From: Bacteroidia bacterium
Lineage (GTDB): Bacteria; Bacteroidota; Ignavibacteria; SZUA-365
DNA length: 64,000 nt
NCBI GenBank assembly: GCA_027493955.1
Contig: JAOSJT010000001.1
Span: 4,138,552 to 4,202,551 of the forward strand
Direction: 5' to 3'
This document shows positions 1 through 11,079 of the stretch, in pieces. The translations under genes were made by a program, and so were the position numbers. Numbering within the stretch: the first letter of the stretch is position 1; the number at the start of each line of letters is the position of its first letter. The notes beneath the pieces are model-generated. The model had not been told where the DNA came from. It saw nothing but the letters and a program-made list of their open reading frames with translations, and searched no databases.

Positions 1-633
1 GCCCAGATACTGTGCCATGGTCGGGCGATTGAAATTATTGATGTCCCAGATGCCAAGGAAGGATGGGACGTTGAAACCCGCCATTTCGATGCCGTTGTGT
101 GGTGTGGCGAAGGTAAAGACCTTGTCCACCATCGCTTTGCTCTCTTTGCTTCCGATGGTGGGATTCTGCAGAAACGCGCGGCAAATCAAGCCGCCCATCG
201 AATGCGCCACCAGATATACACGAAAATCCTTCAGCGCCTGCGCGTCGTCGCCGCACACCTGCTCGCGGGTTTTGAGGATGAGGGCATGCAGTCCCTCCGC
301 CGCCTTGACGATGGAAGGCGGATCACCGCCGCCGAAATCCTGATCGGCCTCCTCATAGTAGCGGTAAATGAGAATGCTCCTCGCGGGGAGCTGGTCTGTT
401 ATTTCTCTGCCGCCGCGATACATGTCCTGATAGCCATGATCCTTCATCAGGCGGATCAAGGGTGATTCAAAGATGTGACGCAGTACACGGCCGTCCCAGG
501 CCTGCCGTACCTTGGTAGAGCCGAGATTGAAGCCCATATACGGCGTCGCGACGGTGGCGTCTATTTCGGCCTGCGTCATGGCGTAGCCGCGGATGTAGAT
601 AATGGGATAATACGGTCGCTGTATGAGGGCCAT
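1..633 (-). CDS. alpha/beta-hydrolase fold protein, lipase/esterase-like (N-terminal part only; gene runs off window start)
   Basis: Minus-strand ORF absent from the supplied track because it is truncated by the window edge. Translation begins MALIQRPYYPIIYIRGYAMTQAEID... and contains LVAHSMGGLICRAFL, a GxSxG nucleophile elbow. Start ATG = complement of 631-633; an in-frame stop lies ~40 codons upstream. Confidence 0.6.
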   Translation of the reverse strand, partial: MALIQRPYYPIIYIRGYAMTQAEIDATVATPYMGFNLGSTKVRQAWDGRVLRHIFESPLIRLMKDHGYQDMYRGGREITDQLPARSILIYRYYEEADQDFGGGDPPSIVKAAEGLHALILKTREQVCGDDAQALKDFRVYLVAHSMGGLICRAFLQNPTIGSKESKAMVDKVFTFATPHNGIEMAGFNVPSFLGIWDINNFNRPTMAQYLG

Positions 634-949
634 GGCGGATTCTCCGGACGGTGAACAGGCGTGGCAGTATGGCCGCTCTTTCCAGATTCGGAACGAAAAA
701 TGGGGTCGGTGCTGCCTGATGACAGCGTTTCCCGCCCTGTACGGGCATCGTTCGGCGGAAATGGAAAAACGGTTGAATGTCGATTACGGATACAAAATAT
801 GCTGTTTCGGGTGAAATGCAAACAGTGCGGCAGTACCGGTTTTCAGCGCTGTGCGCATCCGTCGTTTCGTGCGCGGACGGTACAGGAGTTGTGTCCCGCT
901 GGTATATTCCCTTTCCCGATACGTAATTTAGAGGAGTACCTTGGAGCAC

Positions 950-1912
950 ATGGTGAACAACGCATCCGAAAAAGCCACCCAACACCTGCACACCGTTCTC
1001 GATCGCTGCCGTGACGCCGGTTGTGAAACGGATGCAGTCACATCCAAAGCATGGAATGTTGAAGCGGATGTCCGCTCCGGCAAAGACACAGTCAAGGTGC
1101 TGATCTATTTCAACGCCAAGGGCGTGCTGACGCCGCGGGTACAGGGGAAGTCTTCGGCATTGAAGGAGCTTGTGGAATTGCAATTGCACGGCGACGAGCC
1201 TTTGCGCAGCGCATTTTTGCCTGATGATGTGGCACAGTGGATTGGTGTGGATGAGAGCGGGAAGGGAGACTACTTTGGTCCGCTCGTCGCAGCGGCGGTG
1301 TTGGTCACTCCGGACAGTCTGCTTCGCCTGAAGCCTGTCATGTTGCGCGACAGCAAGGAGCTTCATGCTGCGGTGATCAGCAAGGCGGCGGCACAGATCC
1401 GTGAGATTTGCGCGGAGCATTTCACCATAGTGACCGTGTTGCCGGAGCGGTATAACGACTTCATGAGCGGCAACAGCTTCGGGAAAAATTCACAGCGCAT
1501 CCTGGCCTGGATGCATGCGCGTTGTATTGAAAACCTTCTCGAAAAACATCACGGTGTGCACCATGCTGTGTGCGACAAATTCGCCGATACGTCGGTGGTC
1601 GGCCGGGCGTTGATGACACAGGGCAGGACGATCACCGTCCATCAGCACGTGCGTGCCGAGGCCGATCCCGCGGTGGCGGCGGCGGCCATACTCGCACGTG
1701 ACGAGTTCGTGCGGCGTATGAAGCAGCTCGAGGACAGGGCCGGCTGCCGGCTGCCGCTCGGCGCATCGGATGAACGGGGAATCATCGCTGCGGGAGGACA
1801 TATCATGAGCCACGAAGGGAAGGAAGCGTTGGGACGTTACGCCAAGCTGCACTTCCGCACCACACAGCAGGTATTGCGCCGTTGGTCCACCCGGGACGCG
1901 TTCGATGCGTAG
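950..1912 (+). CDS. rnhC: ribonuclease HIII
   Basis: The GVDESGKGDYFGPLVAAAV catalytic motif follows a ~90-aa N-terminal domain, and the ~320-aa length fits RNase HIII. AGGAG lies 13 nt upstream of ATG 950 (the track start at 941 is a TTG 4 nt after the SD). Confidence 0.75.
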   Translation: MVNNASEKATQHLHTVLDRCRDAGCETDAVTSKAWNVEADVRSGKDTVKVLIYFNAKGVLTPRVQGKSSALKELVELQLHGDEPLRSAFLPDDVAQWIGVDESGKGDYFGPLVAAAVLVTPDSLLRLKPVMLRDSKELHAAVISKAAAQIREICAEHFTIVTVLPERYNDFMSGNSFGKNSQRILAWMHARCIENLLEKHHGVHHAVCDKFADTSVVGRALMTQGRTITVHQHVRAEADPAVAAAAILARDEFVRRMKQLEDRAGCRLPLGASDERGIIAAGGHIMSHEGKEALGRYAKLHFRTTQQVLRRWSTRDAFDA

Positions 1913-1960
1913 TTCAGCGGGGCATGGCCAATCATTTCGGAATACACATCGGGAATTCGA

Positions 1961-2281
1961 ATGAAAGTCTTTCTCATTCTCATCACTTTGTTCCTGCTCG
2001 CCTGCAGCGGCGACGAAGGAACGGCACCCGCCACAACGTTTGCCGTAGCCATAGACAATCGCGTCGCGACGAGCTACGACGTGTATCACGCCACCGCACA
2101 GGAGGGCCCCTGGAAGAAAATCGGCCACGCCCTCTCCGGCATGACCTATTGGATACGCGGGCTGGACACCGGCGTGACTCATTATTTGCGTTTGGTACCA
2201 CCGGGGAGCGCTGCGGATCAATTCCACTTCGAGCGCAGCGCGACATCCACCGGGGCGGATGTTGTGTGGGTGGTGCGGTAA
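1961..2281 (+). CDS. small secreted/lipoprotein, hypothetical
   Basis: 106-aa ORF with signal peptide MKVFLILITLFLLACSGDEG (lipobox-like LLAC|S). No recognisable family. Confidence 0.4.
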   Translation: MKVFLILITLFLLACSGDEGTAPATTFAVAIDNRVATSYDVYHATAQEGPWKKIGHALSGMTYWIRGLDTGVTHYLRLVPPGSAADQFHFERSATSTGADVVWVVR

Positions 2282-2640
2282 AGTGCACATCCTGACGGAA
2301 GGGTGGGAGGATTGGAATCACATTGCGTGAGGGTGGGCGATTCATGTAACGCCACGCGTGCTGACACTCGAACGTGGCAATCTCTCAATGCATCACTGCC
2401 TACACATCGGATTATTTCGCGAAATACTCTCTCCCTCAATGCAGAGAGCGGCTCGGGTACTTAGAAGACAAGTCCGGCTCTGGCCTTGTTGCAGGCAATA
2501 CCCGTCGGCGCATCTCTGATATGTATTTGTCTGGAGGCAAAGGGACCGTGCTCGGTCGCAAAACTCTCCCTTTTTCCGTCAATGGCTTTTACGCTATCTT
2601 TCCAAGTTGCATCTCGTTCACACTGGCGCAGGAGAGAGTC

Positions 2641-5600
2641 ATGACAGCAGTTTTTCGCACCATGGCCGCAGTAGTGTTGTTCACTGCCGGCGCGTCGGGA
2701 TTGCTTGCCCAGGGCAGCTGGGTGCAGGTGCCGACCGCGCTGCAGTCCAATCCGAATACGCATGTACAGATAGGAGGCCTCTGGGGGATAGCCATGGCCG
2801 ATTCAGGTACGGGATTCGCTGCGGGCTATGCCTCGGTGGCAGGCGGTTTTTCGGGTGTGTTGCGAAAAACACCCGGTAATCCCACCTGGTTCGTTCTCCC
2901 GGCGTCCAGCTTCACGCTGCTCCCGGCAAACCATAGTCTGTGGTCAGCTGTCACCGTGGTGGGAACGCATGTCTGGGTGTGCGGTTCCAATGGACGATTG
3001 TACAAAAGCACAGACAACGGCAATAACTGGTTCTCTTCCGCCAACGGGATCGCAGGCACGAATACGCTGTTTGATATCCATTTCCGTACGCCCGATGAAG
3101 GCATGGTCGTCGGCAGCAGCGGAACGATATACTTCACCACCGACGGCGGCGCAAACTGGGTGCCGCAAACGCTGCCCGCCACCGTACCGGGAAATACCGA
3201 TCTGTACGGCGTGGACGACGCCGGCTCCGGCATGGGTTACTGGTACGTCACTGGAGGAACGCATACGCTGATCAGAGGCGTACCGCGTTCGTCGGCGACA
3301 AGCTGGGTCGATCTGAGTGCGAATGTGCCTTCAAATATCGGTATCATCGAGGGCTTGCAATTCTACAACGATAACATCGGAACTATCGCGGGCGTCATTG
3401 CAACCGGATCGCCGATACACCGGACCGTCAATGCGGGCGCCAGTTTCACCAGCATCGGCGCCAGTCTTCCATCCGGCACGTACAACGGCTTGCATTTCTT
3501 CGATCAGACCACAGGCTGGGTGGGAAGTGCCTCACCGGCTCTGTACTATACCTCGAACACCGGTACAAGCTGGACGCAAGCGACGATCACTCCGTTACCG
3601 TCGCAAAACATCACCAACTGGCTCACTCGCATCACCTTCGTTGGGACGGACGCCGGATATGCCTCCGGAGGCGCTCCGGGGACTTCCTCGACAGGCTGGA
3701 TACTCAAGTACGTGCCCGCTCAGGCACCGGATATCTCTTCCACCCCCACCTCGCTGGATTTCGGGACGTTTTCCTGCGGGACGTTCATCGAAAAACAGTT
3801 CACCATTTCCAACATCGGGGCGGGTCCGCTCAATATCAACGCGATCAATTTTTCGCATCCCGAATTTGCCTTGCTCGCGCCCTTACCGACGCCTGTTCCT
3901 CCCCTCGGCGGAGCGACATTCTCCGTTCGGTGGACGCCCACACAGCCGGGGCCAGTTCCTTCCGGCGCACGCATGACCATTCTGACCAACGATCCGGTGA
4001 ATCCTGCGTGGGACGTGGATCTCGCCGGCATTTTCAACAGCGGCACGGTAACGATTCCGAGCCCAGCCACCGCACCGGTCGCCTGCGTGAATGATTCTGT
4101 GGACATTGTCGTGAACGCCACGCTCACAGGGAACATCCAGCCGCAGCTTATCAACTTCGAACATATCAGTGGTTCGACGGGGGTGCGTCTTGTCTCTCCG
4201 CCCGTTGGGAGTAATCTGAGCGGCTCTCCCACGCTTACGTTCCGTTACGCGGCAGCTTCTCCCGGCACATGGTCCGGCACCTACAGAATCCTTTATGGCG
4301 ACCCTCTTTGTCCGAAAATTGCGGTGATCGTATTTGAGGGTACAGCAAATTCGTCCACACTGACCGCATCTCCGTCGCTCGTGGACTTCGGTGAAGTCTG
4401 CATCGGGCAGTTCAAGGACATGCTGATCACGCTCACCAACACCGGCACGGTGGACGCCGTAGTGTCGTCACGCACGCTCATCGGCGGAACGGATGCTTTC
4501 CCGAATCAGCACTTCTCGCCTTTCGGTCCCATCCCACCCAGCGGGAACAGACAATACACTGTACGTTTCGCACCCGGCAGCGGCGATTTGGGGCTTGTGG
4601 AAGGAACGTTCAAGTTACGCATCGATCCCTGCGGCGATAGCGTCATTATCGTGTTGCGCGGCACCGGCGTCAAACCCGCCATCACATTTACCCCGACGAA
4701 TCTCCTGGCACTCGGACCCGTCCCCATCGGACAGACGACCGACGAACAGGTGACCATTACGAACAGCGGAACAGGAAGTATTTCCATCGACGCCATTGCT
4801 CTCAAGCCGACGCACCCGCGCCTGACGCTCACAGGACTTCCTGCATTGCCGGCGCAGCTCGGCCCCTCTCAAAGCATTATTGTTACTGCGCGTTTTTCTC
4901 CCGACCGCATCGAAACGATTGTAAGCGAGCTGTCGGTGCGCTACAGCGGACCTTGCTCGGACAGCGCCCGTCTGCCGGTGATTGCTTCCAGCGCGAGTGC
5001 CCCGACAATCCTTGTGCAGTCCACGCTCGACATGGGGGAGAATGCCTGTCCCGATCCGCTCATCGACACACTGTACGTCAAAAATCTCGGTCCGGGAGTG
5101 CTCACCATGTCGCGTTTCACCATTGGTGGCCGCGATGCTTCGCATTTCCGTGTGCTCGCTCCGGGGACCCCGGCGTTTGTTGCTGTGGGTGATTCCACAC
5201 CGATCTATATATCCTGCGATGCCCCTGCGCCGGGCGTGAGTGAAGGAACGCTCACGATAGAACACGACGACCCCAAGACCTTCAATTCCTCTGTCGTTCA
5301 ACTGCGCTCTGAACGGATTCTCATCGGATGGCGTGTGGAAGGAGACAGCGTCAGCGTCATGACAAGCTGCGCGCATGTGGGAGTGAACAGGACCTTCGAC
5401 CTTCGCAATACCGGATTGCGGACGCGCACCATCAAAATGCTCAGAATGCTGAGTGGCGGAGAGGTTTTTCACATTGCGAGCAATCCCCTCCCCATGGATG
5501 TCCCCCCGGGCTCTGCGCGCCCTTTCGAGGTGACGTTCACGCCATCGGGGCAGGGTAATTTCAGCGGCATCCTCGAAGTCGTAATCGGACCGTGCAACGA

Positions 5601-8600
5601 AACCATGTTGTTGACACTACGCGGGAGCGGCAGTGAATCCGAGCTTACGCTCGCGCCGACGCCTGTGGACTTTGGTTCGGTCAATGTTGGTGCCGACGTC
5701 ATGCGTTCTGTGCGGCTCAGTAATCCCGGCGCTTCCGTCGCGACAGTGACAGAAATACTATTCCGACCTCCAATGCCTGTCGGATCCGAGCACTTTACGC
5801 TCTCACCACCACCGTCATTGCCCTTCGCGCTGAATTCGGGAGCCAGCCGCGATCTGGACCTTCGTTTTTCACCACAAGCGATGGCATCGTACAGTGGGGA
5901 GCTCTGCATCATCGTCAGTACTCCGTGCCCGGATACCATCTGTGTGACGCTTTCGGGCCGTGGTACGTCGTCGGGACTCGGCGTGAGTCGCACTCGCCTG
6001 GATTACACACTCGATCCATGTACGCTTCTCGAAAAATGCGACACAGTGGAGGTGATCAACAACGGATCATCCCCGGTGCGCCTCACCGGTGCGGCCTTCG
6101 ATGATGCGGGTTGGTTTCAGCTCACCTTCCCGACCACATTTCCTCTGGATGTATTGCCCGGTTCACGGTTGATGTTTGTGGTCTGTGCGCAATCCGGATT
6201 CAGCGGAACGAGGAGCAGCTTTCTCCGGATAGGCACAAACGACGCCACGACACCGGAACTCCGCGTTATCGTGACGGCGGTGCGGGATTCTTCAGGATTC
6301 GCGACCTCCGAGCGCAGCTTCGACTTCGGCGCCATCGCTTCTTGCCAGATCGGTATGACGAGAACGCTGTCTTTGAGCAACACCGGTCTGATGATGGAAA
6401 TCATTGATACACTGGAAAACAACGCACCCTTCTTTGTGGAAGATGCCCTTCCCATAGTCCTGCAGCCGGGACAGCAGAAAACAGTGACGGTGCGCTTCTC
6501 GCCCGCGAGTTTCGGTGTTTTTCGCGACACACTCTTCTTCACCAACTCCCGCTGCGGGAAACGCATCGCGCTGGAGCTGCGAGGTGAATATCGCGCGGAC
6601 AACATCAGCGTCACGCCGGATCCGCTGCTGTTCAGCAATGTCCCCGTGGGATCATCCTCCATACGCAACATCACCTTCGGCAATGTTCATCTCGCACAGG
6701 TGCGCGTCGCCGACGTGCGTATTCAGCCGTCGGGAAGTTTCGCGTCCTCGGGAGCGTATCCCCGTACGGTGAGCCGTGGCGACACCATCGCCCTGCCGAT
6801 TCAGTTCGCTCCGCAAAGCGCCGGTCAGCACTCCGCGACCGCCTGCATCATCATAGATCAGCCCTGTGCGGACACCTTGTGCGTTACGCTGCAGGGGAGC
6901 ACCAGCGACGGAGAACTTCTTGCCCGTCCAGCGGTGCTCCATTTCGGTACCGTCGCGCAATGTGCGCAGACCATTCTTCAGGACACCATACGGAACATCA
7001 GCAGCGCGGACATACGGCTGCTGAGTTCTCGTATCGAAGGAAGCGGGGCCGCATTTTTCGAAATCCTGGATCCTGTCACTGCGGAAGAACTCCTGCCGCC
7101 GTCGGGCGAGCGGATTTTCACCATTCGCATCCTTCCTGCCGCGGCGGCGGATGGAAGTATGGACGCGCAGCTCGTGATCGAGAACACCGGAAGTCCCACC
7201 CTTTTCGCGATACCGCTTGCAGCGCAGCGTGTCACACTCATTGCAGCTGCCGGCGGGACTGTCGATTTCGGTTCTCTGTTCACCGGGGCTACCGAAAGCC
7301 GTCGTGTCACTCTGCGGAACAACGGCACTGCGCCTCTTCGCTATAGTACGCTGAATGCAACCCCGGGAGCGAGCATTGTACCGCAACCACCGTTCAGCAT
7401 CGCCCCGGGTGATTCTCTGGAGGTGGAGTTGTTACTCACACCTTCCATGAGTGGACAGTACCTGGGGAGTTTGCGACTTGATGCCACATCACCCTGCGCC
7501 GACTCCACGGTGTTCCTTCTCACGGCGGACGTTGCCGATGGTCTTGCCGCCGGAGCTCTTGATTTGGGGACGCGGCCAAGCTGTCTCCCGGCACAGGGGA
7601 GCGTGCTTGTCAGGAATACGCAAACCGTCGCTGCTGAGATCAGACAGCTGACCTTCACCGGATCGGATGCCGCCGCATTTCACGTGCTCGCTCCGTTATC
7701 GCTGCCGCTCACGCTTGCGCCCGGAGATTCGATCGAGGTGCTGATAGAATTTGCAGCCATCGGGGGTGAACGCGGGTACGGCGCGAACCTTGCCGTGCTG
7801 TTCCGAACCGGTTCTACCGATCTCATCGCCAATGCCGCCGTTTCGGCCGTCGCACACAGCGGTCGTTTATCGGGTCCGACAGTCGGGGATTTCGCCTCTG
7901 TCGAAATCAGTGCCGGAGGCGAATCGAGGAACTTCCTCTTCACGAACAACGCACCATTTGCTGTGCGCATTGCGAGCGCGACGGCTTCCGGGTCTGTGTT
8001 TACTCTCCTGTCCTCGACACCGCCCTTGCCAGCGACAGTGCAACCAGGCGCTACGGTGGAGTTCGCACTGCGCTTCGCTCCCGCTGCAACGGTCAGCTAT
8101 ACCGGGCAGCTCTCACTTACCTATGAATCGCCCTGTCCTCTTGTACAGGACATCCCGCTACGCGGAGACGGCATAGACACACGCCGACCGGTGGTACTGC
8201 GGCTGGCAAGCCTCGAAGGTGCCCCGGATGATGTGGTGGAAATACCGCTTTCCATTGACCGCGATCTCGGTGGACTCGTTACGGAATGGAGCGGCGAGAT
8301 CAGTCTCAATGCGAGCATGCTGTATCCGATGGAGGTAACTCTTGCCGGCACCCTGAGCGCGGATATGCAAGCGCAATTCAGCTACGATCAGACGAGCGGG
8401 ATAATCCGCGTCGCCGCCGCCGGCGCACCGCTGCGGAGCGGCAGCGGAGTGATCGCTATCGTGCGATGCCTTGTGCTGATAGGCGACGATACGACCTCGC
8501 CGTTACGCATCGAGCCTGAATTTTCTTTCGGCAGAGGAGCGCGCGTGGAGAGACGCGACGACGGCGAATTCACCCTGGTTGATTTTTGTGATGCCGACGG

Positions 8601-8886
8601 TCTGCGTCTCGTGCGCGACAGGGCAGGGCTGCGCATCGTATCTTCGTCACCCAGTCCCTTCACTGAAGCGCTGACGATAACCTTCGACATCGACAGCGAC
8701 GGGCCGGTGGATCTGCGCCTCTACGACGCGGCGGGTCGGGAAAGCGCAGTGCTCCTTGAGCGTGGCATGGAAGCGGGCAGGCACAGCATCACCCGCAGGA
8801 CACCCGACATAGGAGCAGGCACCTATTTCTGTGTTCTTCGCCACAATGGTCGTGCGGTCGCTACCCGCATCATCAGAGCGCGATGA
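2641..8886 (+). CDS. giant T9SS-secreted cell-surface protein (BNR/Ycf48-like beta-propeller plus ~12 tandem Ig-like 'choice-of-anchor/ASH'-type repeats, T9SS C-terminal sorting domain)
   Basis: Signal peptide MTAVFRTMAAVVLFTAGASGLLAQG at 2641 (the track ORF begins in the upstream leader at 2374). N-terminal WVCGSNGRLYKSTDNGNNW and YFTTDGGANW are BNR-like repeats. A ~105-aa module recurs about 12 times (LDFGxVxxGxxxxxxxTIxNxGxxxL...PCxDxxxxxLxGxG). The C-terminus ...PSPFTEALTITFDIDSDGPVDLRLYDAAGRESAVLLERGMEAGRHSITRRTPDIGAGTYFCVLRHNG matches the T9SS sorting domain pattern. Confidence 0.85.
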   Translation: MTAVFRTMAAVVLFTAGASGLLAQGSWVQVPTALQSNPNTHVQIGGLWGIAMADSGTGFAAGYASVAGGFSGVLRKTPGNPTWFVLPASSFTLLPANHSLWSAVTVVGTHVWVCGSNGRLYKSTDNGNNWFSSANGIAGTNTLFDIHFRTPDEGMVVGSSGTIYFTTDGGANWVPQTLPATVPGNTDLYGVDDAGSGMGYWYVTGGTHTLIRGVPRSSATSWVDLSANVPSNIGIIEGLQFYNDNIGTIAGVIATGSPIHRTVNAGASFTSIGASLPSGTYNGLHFFDQTTGWVGSASPALYYTSNTGTSWTQATITPLPSQNITNWLTRITFVGTDAGYASGGAPGTSSTGWILKYVPAQAPDISSTPTSLDFGTFSCGTFIEKQFTISNIGAGPLNINAINFSHPEFALLAPLPTPVPPLGGATFSVRWTPTQPGPVPSGARMTILTNDPVNPAWDVDLAGIFNSGTVTIPSPATAPVACVNDSVDIVVNATLTGNIQPQLINFEHISGSTGVRLVSPPVGSNLSGSPTLTFRYAAASPGTWSGTYRILYGDPLCPKIAVIVFEGTANSSTLTASPSLVDFGEVCIGQFKDMLITLTNTGTVDAVVSSRTLIGGTDAFPNQHFSPFGPIPPSGNRQYTVRFAPGSGDLGLVEGTFKLRIDPCGDSVIIVLRGTGVKPAITFTPTNLLALGPVPIGQTTDEQVTITNSGTGSISIDAIALKPTHPRLTLTGLPALPAQLGPSQSIIVTARFSPDRIETIVSELSVRYSGPCSDSARLPVIASSASAPTILVQSTLDMGENACPDPLIDTLYVKNLGPGVLTMSRFTIGGRDASHFRVLAPGTPAFVAVGDSTPIYISCDAPAPGVSEGTLTIEHDDPKTFNSSVVQLRSERILIGWRVEGDSVSVMTSCAHVGVNRTFDLRNTGLRTRTIKMLRMLSGGEVFHIASNPLPMDVPPGSARPFEVTFTPSGQGNFSGILEVVIGPCNETMLLTLRGSGSESELTLAPTPVDFGSVNVGADVMRSVRLSNPGASVATVTEILFRPPMPVGSEHFTLSPPPSLPFALNSGASRDLDLRFSPQAMASYSGELCIIVSTPCPDTICVTLSGRGTSSGLGVSRTRLDYTLDPCTLLEKCDTVEVINNGSSPVRLTGAAFDDAGWFQLTFPTTFPLDVLPGSRLMFVVCAQSGFSGTRSSFLRIGTNDATTPELRVIVTAVRDSSGFATSERSFDFGAIASCQIGMTRTLSLSNTGLMMEIIDTLENNAPFFVEDALPIVLQPGQQKTVTVRFSPASFGVFRDTLFFTNSRCGKRIALELRGEYRADNISVTPDPLLFSNVPVGSSSIRNITFGNVHLAQVRVADVRIQPSGSFASSGAYPRTVSRGDTIALPIQFAPQSAGQHSATACIIIDQPCADTLCVTLQGSTSDGELLARPAVLHFGTVAQCAQTILQDTIRNISSADIRLLSSRIEGSGAAFFEILDPVTAEELLPPSGERIFTIRILPAAAADGSMDAQLVIENTGSPTLFAIPLAAQRVTLIAAAGGTVDFGSLFTGATESRRVTLRNNGTAPLRYSTLNATPGASIVPQPPFSIAPGDSLEVELLLTPSMSGQYLGSLRLDATSPCADSTVFLLTADVADGLAAGALDLGTRPSCLPAQGSVLVRNTQTVAAEIRQLTFTGSDAAAFHVLAPLSLPLTLAPGDSIEVLIEFAAIGGERGYGANLAVLFRTGSTDLIANAAVSAVAHSGRLSGPTVGDFASVEISAGGESRNFLFTNNAPFAVRIASATASGSVFTLLSSTPPLPATVQPGATVEFALRFAPAATVSYTGQLSLTYESPCPLVQDIPLRGDGIDTRRPVVLRLASLEGAPDDVVEIPLSIDRDLGGLVTEWSGEISLNASMLYPMEVTLAGTLSADMQAQFSYDQTSGIIRVAAAGAPLRSGSGVIAIVRCLVLIGDDTTSPLRIEPEFSFGRGARVERRDDGEFTLVDFCDADGLRLVRDRAGLRIVSSSPSPFTEALTITFDIDSDGPVDLRLYDAAGRESAVLLERGMEAGRHSITRRTPDIGAGTYFCVLRHNGRAVATRIIRAR

Positions 8887-9053
8887 GGAAGTGTCCCGGG
8901 AAATTCACGCACGGGTTTCGGCATAGTTCGCTGATGCATCGGTGCGACGCATACGGCCTTCATCCTCGCGCGCTATCGGCACAGTGAAGTTTGAGCACTT
9001 GGTAAATGAAAAATAATCCTTACATTAGGCTTTTCCATCTCTTTTTCTCGCCT

Positions 9054-11079
9054 ATGAAATGCAAAATACTCCTCCCCGGCTTCTTCGTCCTCTGCACACT
9101 CCCGATGATGCTTCAGGGACAAACCGACAATCCCGGCCCACGCGACGTCGTTCGTTTCGGCCTGTTCGGTGGGCTGCAGTTCAACATGCATAGTGGAACA
9201 TACGAAGCGCTGGACAACAACGCCGTATGTGGTATCTGCGAGTTTGAGAACGGTGAAAAAACCGGCCTCCGGCTCGAAGGACTCTTCGAGTATCCGCTTT
9301 CACGTACGTTCCTGTTCAGCGGCCGCATCGGATACCAGGATTTCTCGGGTGCATTTGACCGGGACAAGTATCGTGTCGGTCCTGTGGCGCAACCGTCAGG
9401 GCCGCCGGTGGACATGATCGTGGATCAAACCTTCGACAACGCACTGTCGTATCTCACGGTCACACCCGGCATCCTGTATTTTCCGATCGATCAGGAACTG
9501 CACCTGAATCTCGGGCTTGGTTTCGCGTTTCCGCTGTCGAAGGATTACACGCTGCGCGAAGTGCTCGTTTCGCCCTCCGATAAAACCTTTGCGGATGGGA
9601 CAACCGATCACATCATTCGCGATGAGGAAATTCAGGAAGTCAATGGTCTTCGGCTCGCTCTCGAGCTTGGCGCCGGCTACGACATTCCTTTGACCCGGAA
9701 TCTGTTGCTCACGCCCGAGGTCGCCTACTCGCTTCCGCTCACGAAGGTGACGGGTCGCGGCGATTGGACAGCCGCCGCGTTTGCCGGTGGTCTTGGGCTT
9801 CGCTACGCAATGATTCCCCCGCCGAAGGAGCTACCGCCGCCGCCGCCTCCCGCCCCCGCCGCCGCCCCCGCCACCGAGGTTATTCCGCCCCCCGGCTGCG
9901 GACTTGGTGGTACGCGGAATCGATGCCGATGGGAAAGAAACGGATGCGAGTACGATTGTGGTGGAAGAGTTGCGCACCATCGAACGCTATCCGCTGCTGA
10001 CCTATGTGTTCTTCGCAGACGGCGACGGCAAGACGCCGCTGCGTCAAAACCTATTAGGGAACGAAGAAGCCAAAAGCTTTTTCATCGAAGATGCCAAAGG
10101 TCAGGAACTTGAAATTTATCGCAATATGCTCAATGTCATTGGCCGCAGAATGCTTGAGCGCCCAAATGCGAAGATTACTCTGACCGGTACCAATTCCGGC
10201 GCCGGCGCGGAGCGCAACAACACCACGCTTTCAAAACAGCGTGCCGAAACGGTCCGCGATTATTTCGTGAATACCTGGGGCATCGAATCCAGACGTATCA
10301 CTGTTCGCTCACGCAATCTCCCGGTGGACCCCTCCGCTGTGGACGATCCCAGAGGACAGGAAGAAAATCGTCGCGTTGAAATCACATCCGCTACCGAGGA
10401 AATCATTGCCCCGATCCGGCGAGATGAGATCGCCTACTCGACGTCCCTCGATGCCTTACTGCTCAAGCCCTCGGTGGACGCTCCGAATGGCGTCGAACGC
10501 TGGCTGCTGCAGGTCTCACAGGGTCCGCGCTCGTTGTTCTCCCAAAGTGGCACAGGCAGCGCGCCGGCGGCAAGCTATCGCTGGGATTTCGAAGGTGAAG
10601 CACTCGTTCGCAGCGGTGAAGCGCTGAAGGTGGAGCTCCTCGTGCGCGACCGACGTGCGCAGGAGGAAGATGTGCCGGTGAATATCGCTCTCAACACACT
10701 CACCCTCGAGCGCAAGCAGGAAGAGCGCATCGGAGACGTCCGCGTCAATCGTATCAAGCTGATTCTCTTCGACTATGACAAAGCTACGGTGTCGAAGCGC
10801 AATCTCGATATCATTGATGAGGTGACGGAAAGTATCACACCCACATCGCGTGTAGCCATCAATGGTTATACCGACGCCCTGGGCGATGCGGAATACAACA
10901 TGGGTCTGTCGCAGCAGCGCGCCGAAGCGGTGAAAGCGTCGTTTGGCGCAAAACTCGCGAACGTGGAAGTGACGACCAAGGGTCTCGGCAGCACACCGCT
11001 GCTCTTCCCGAACGATACACCCGAAGGCCGTTTCTACTGTCGTATGGTGCAGGTCATCATAGAAACACCCGTGCAATAG
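9054..11079 (+). CDS. OmpA-family outer membrane protein (N-terminal beta-barrel, poly-Pro linker, two OmpA-like C-terminal domains) with an apparent frameshift at ~9815-9900
   Basis: Frame 0 (9054 onward) gives signal peptide MKCKILLPGFFVLCTLPMMLQGQ, then a beta-barrel-like domain, then the linker PPPKELPPPPPPAPAAAP, then junk up to 10112. Frame +1 is open from 9814 (PPPPPPPPPRLFRPPAADLVVRGIDADGKE...) and continues into two OmpA-like domains (TLTGTNSGAGAERNNTTLSKQRAETV...; INGYTDALGDAEYNMGLSQQRAEAVKA) ending at 11079. The tract contains several C5 runs. Confidence 0.6.

Noticed and set aside
467-2345. Minus-strand ORFs 467..1420, 1490..2290 and 1983..2345
   Set aside because: Overlap the RNase HIII gene and the small lipoprotein on the opposite strand. 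Arg-rich low-complexity translations.
9900-10112. Continuation of the 9006 ORF beyond the poly-Pro tract (GCGLGGTRNRCRWERNGCEYDC...)
   Set aside because: Out-of-frame read-through after the probable frameshift. The OmpA domains are in the +1 frame.
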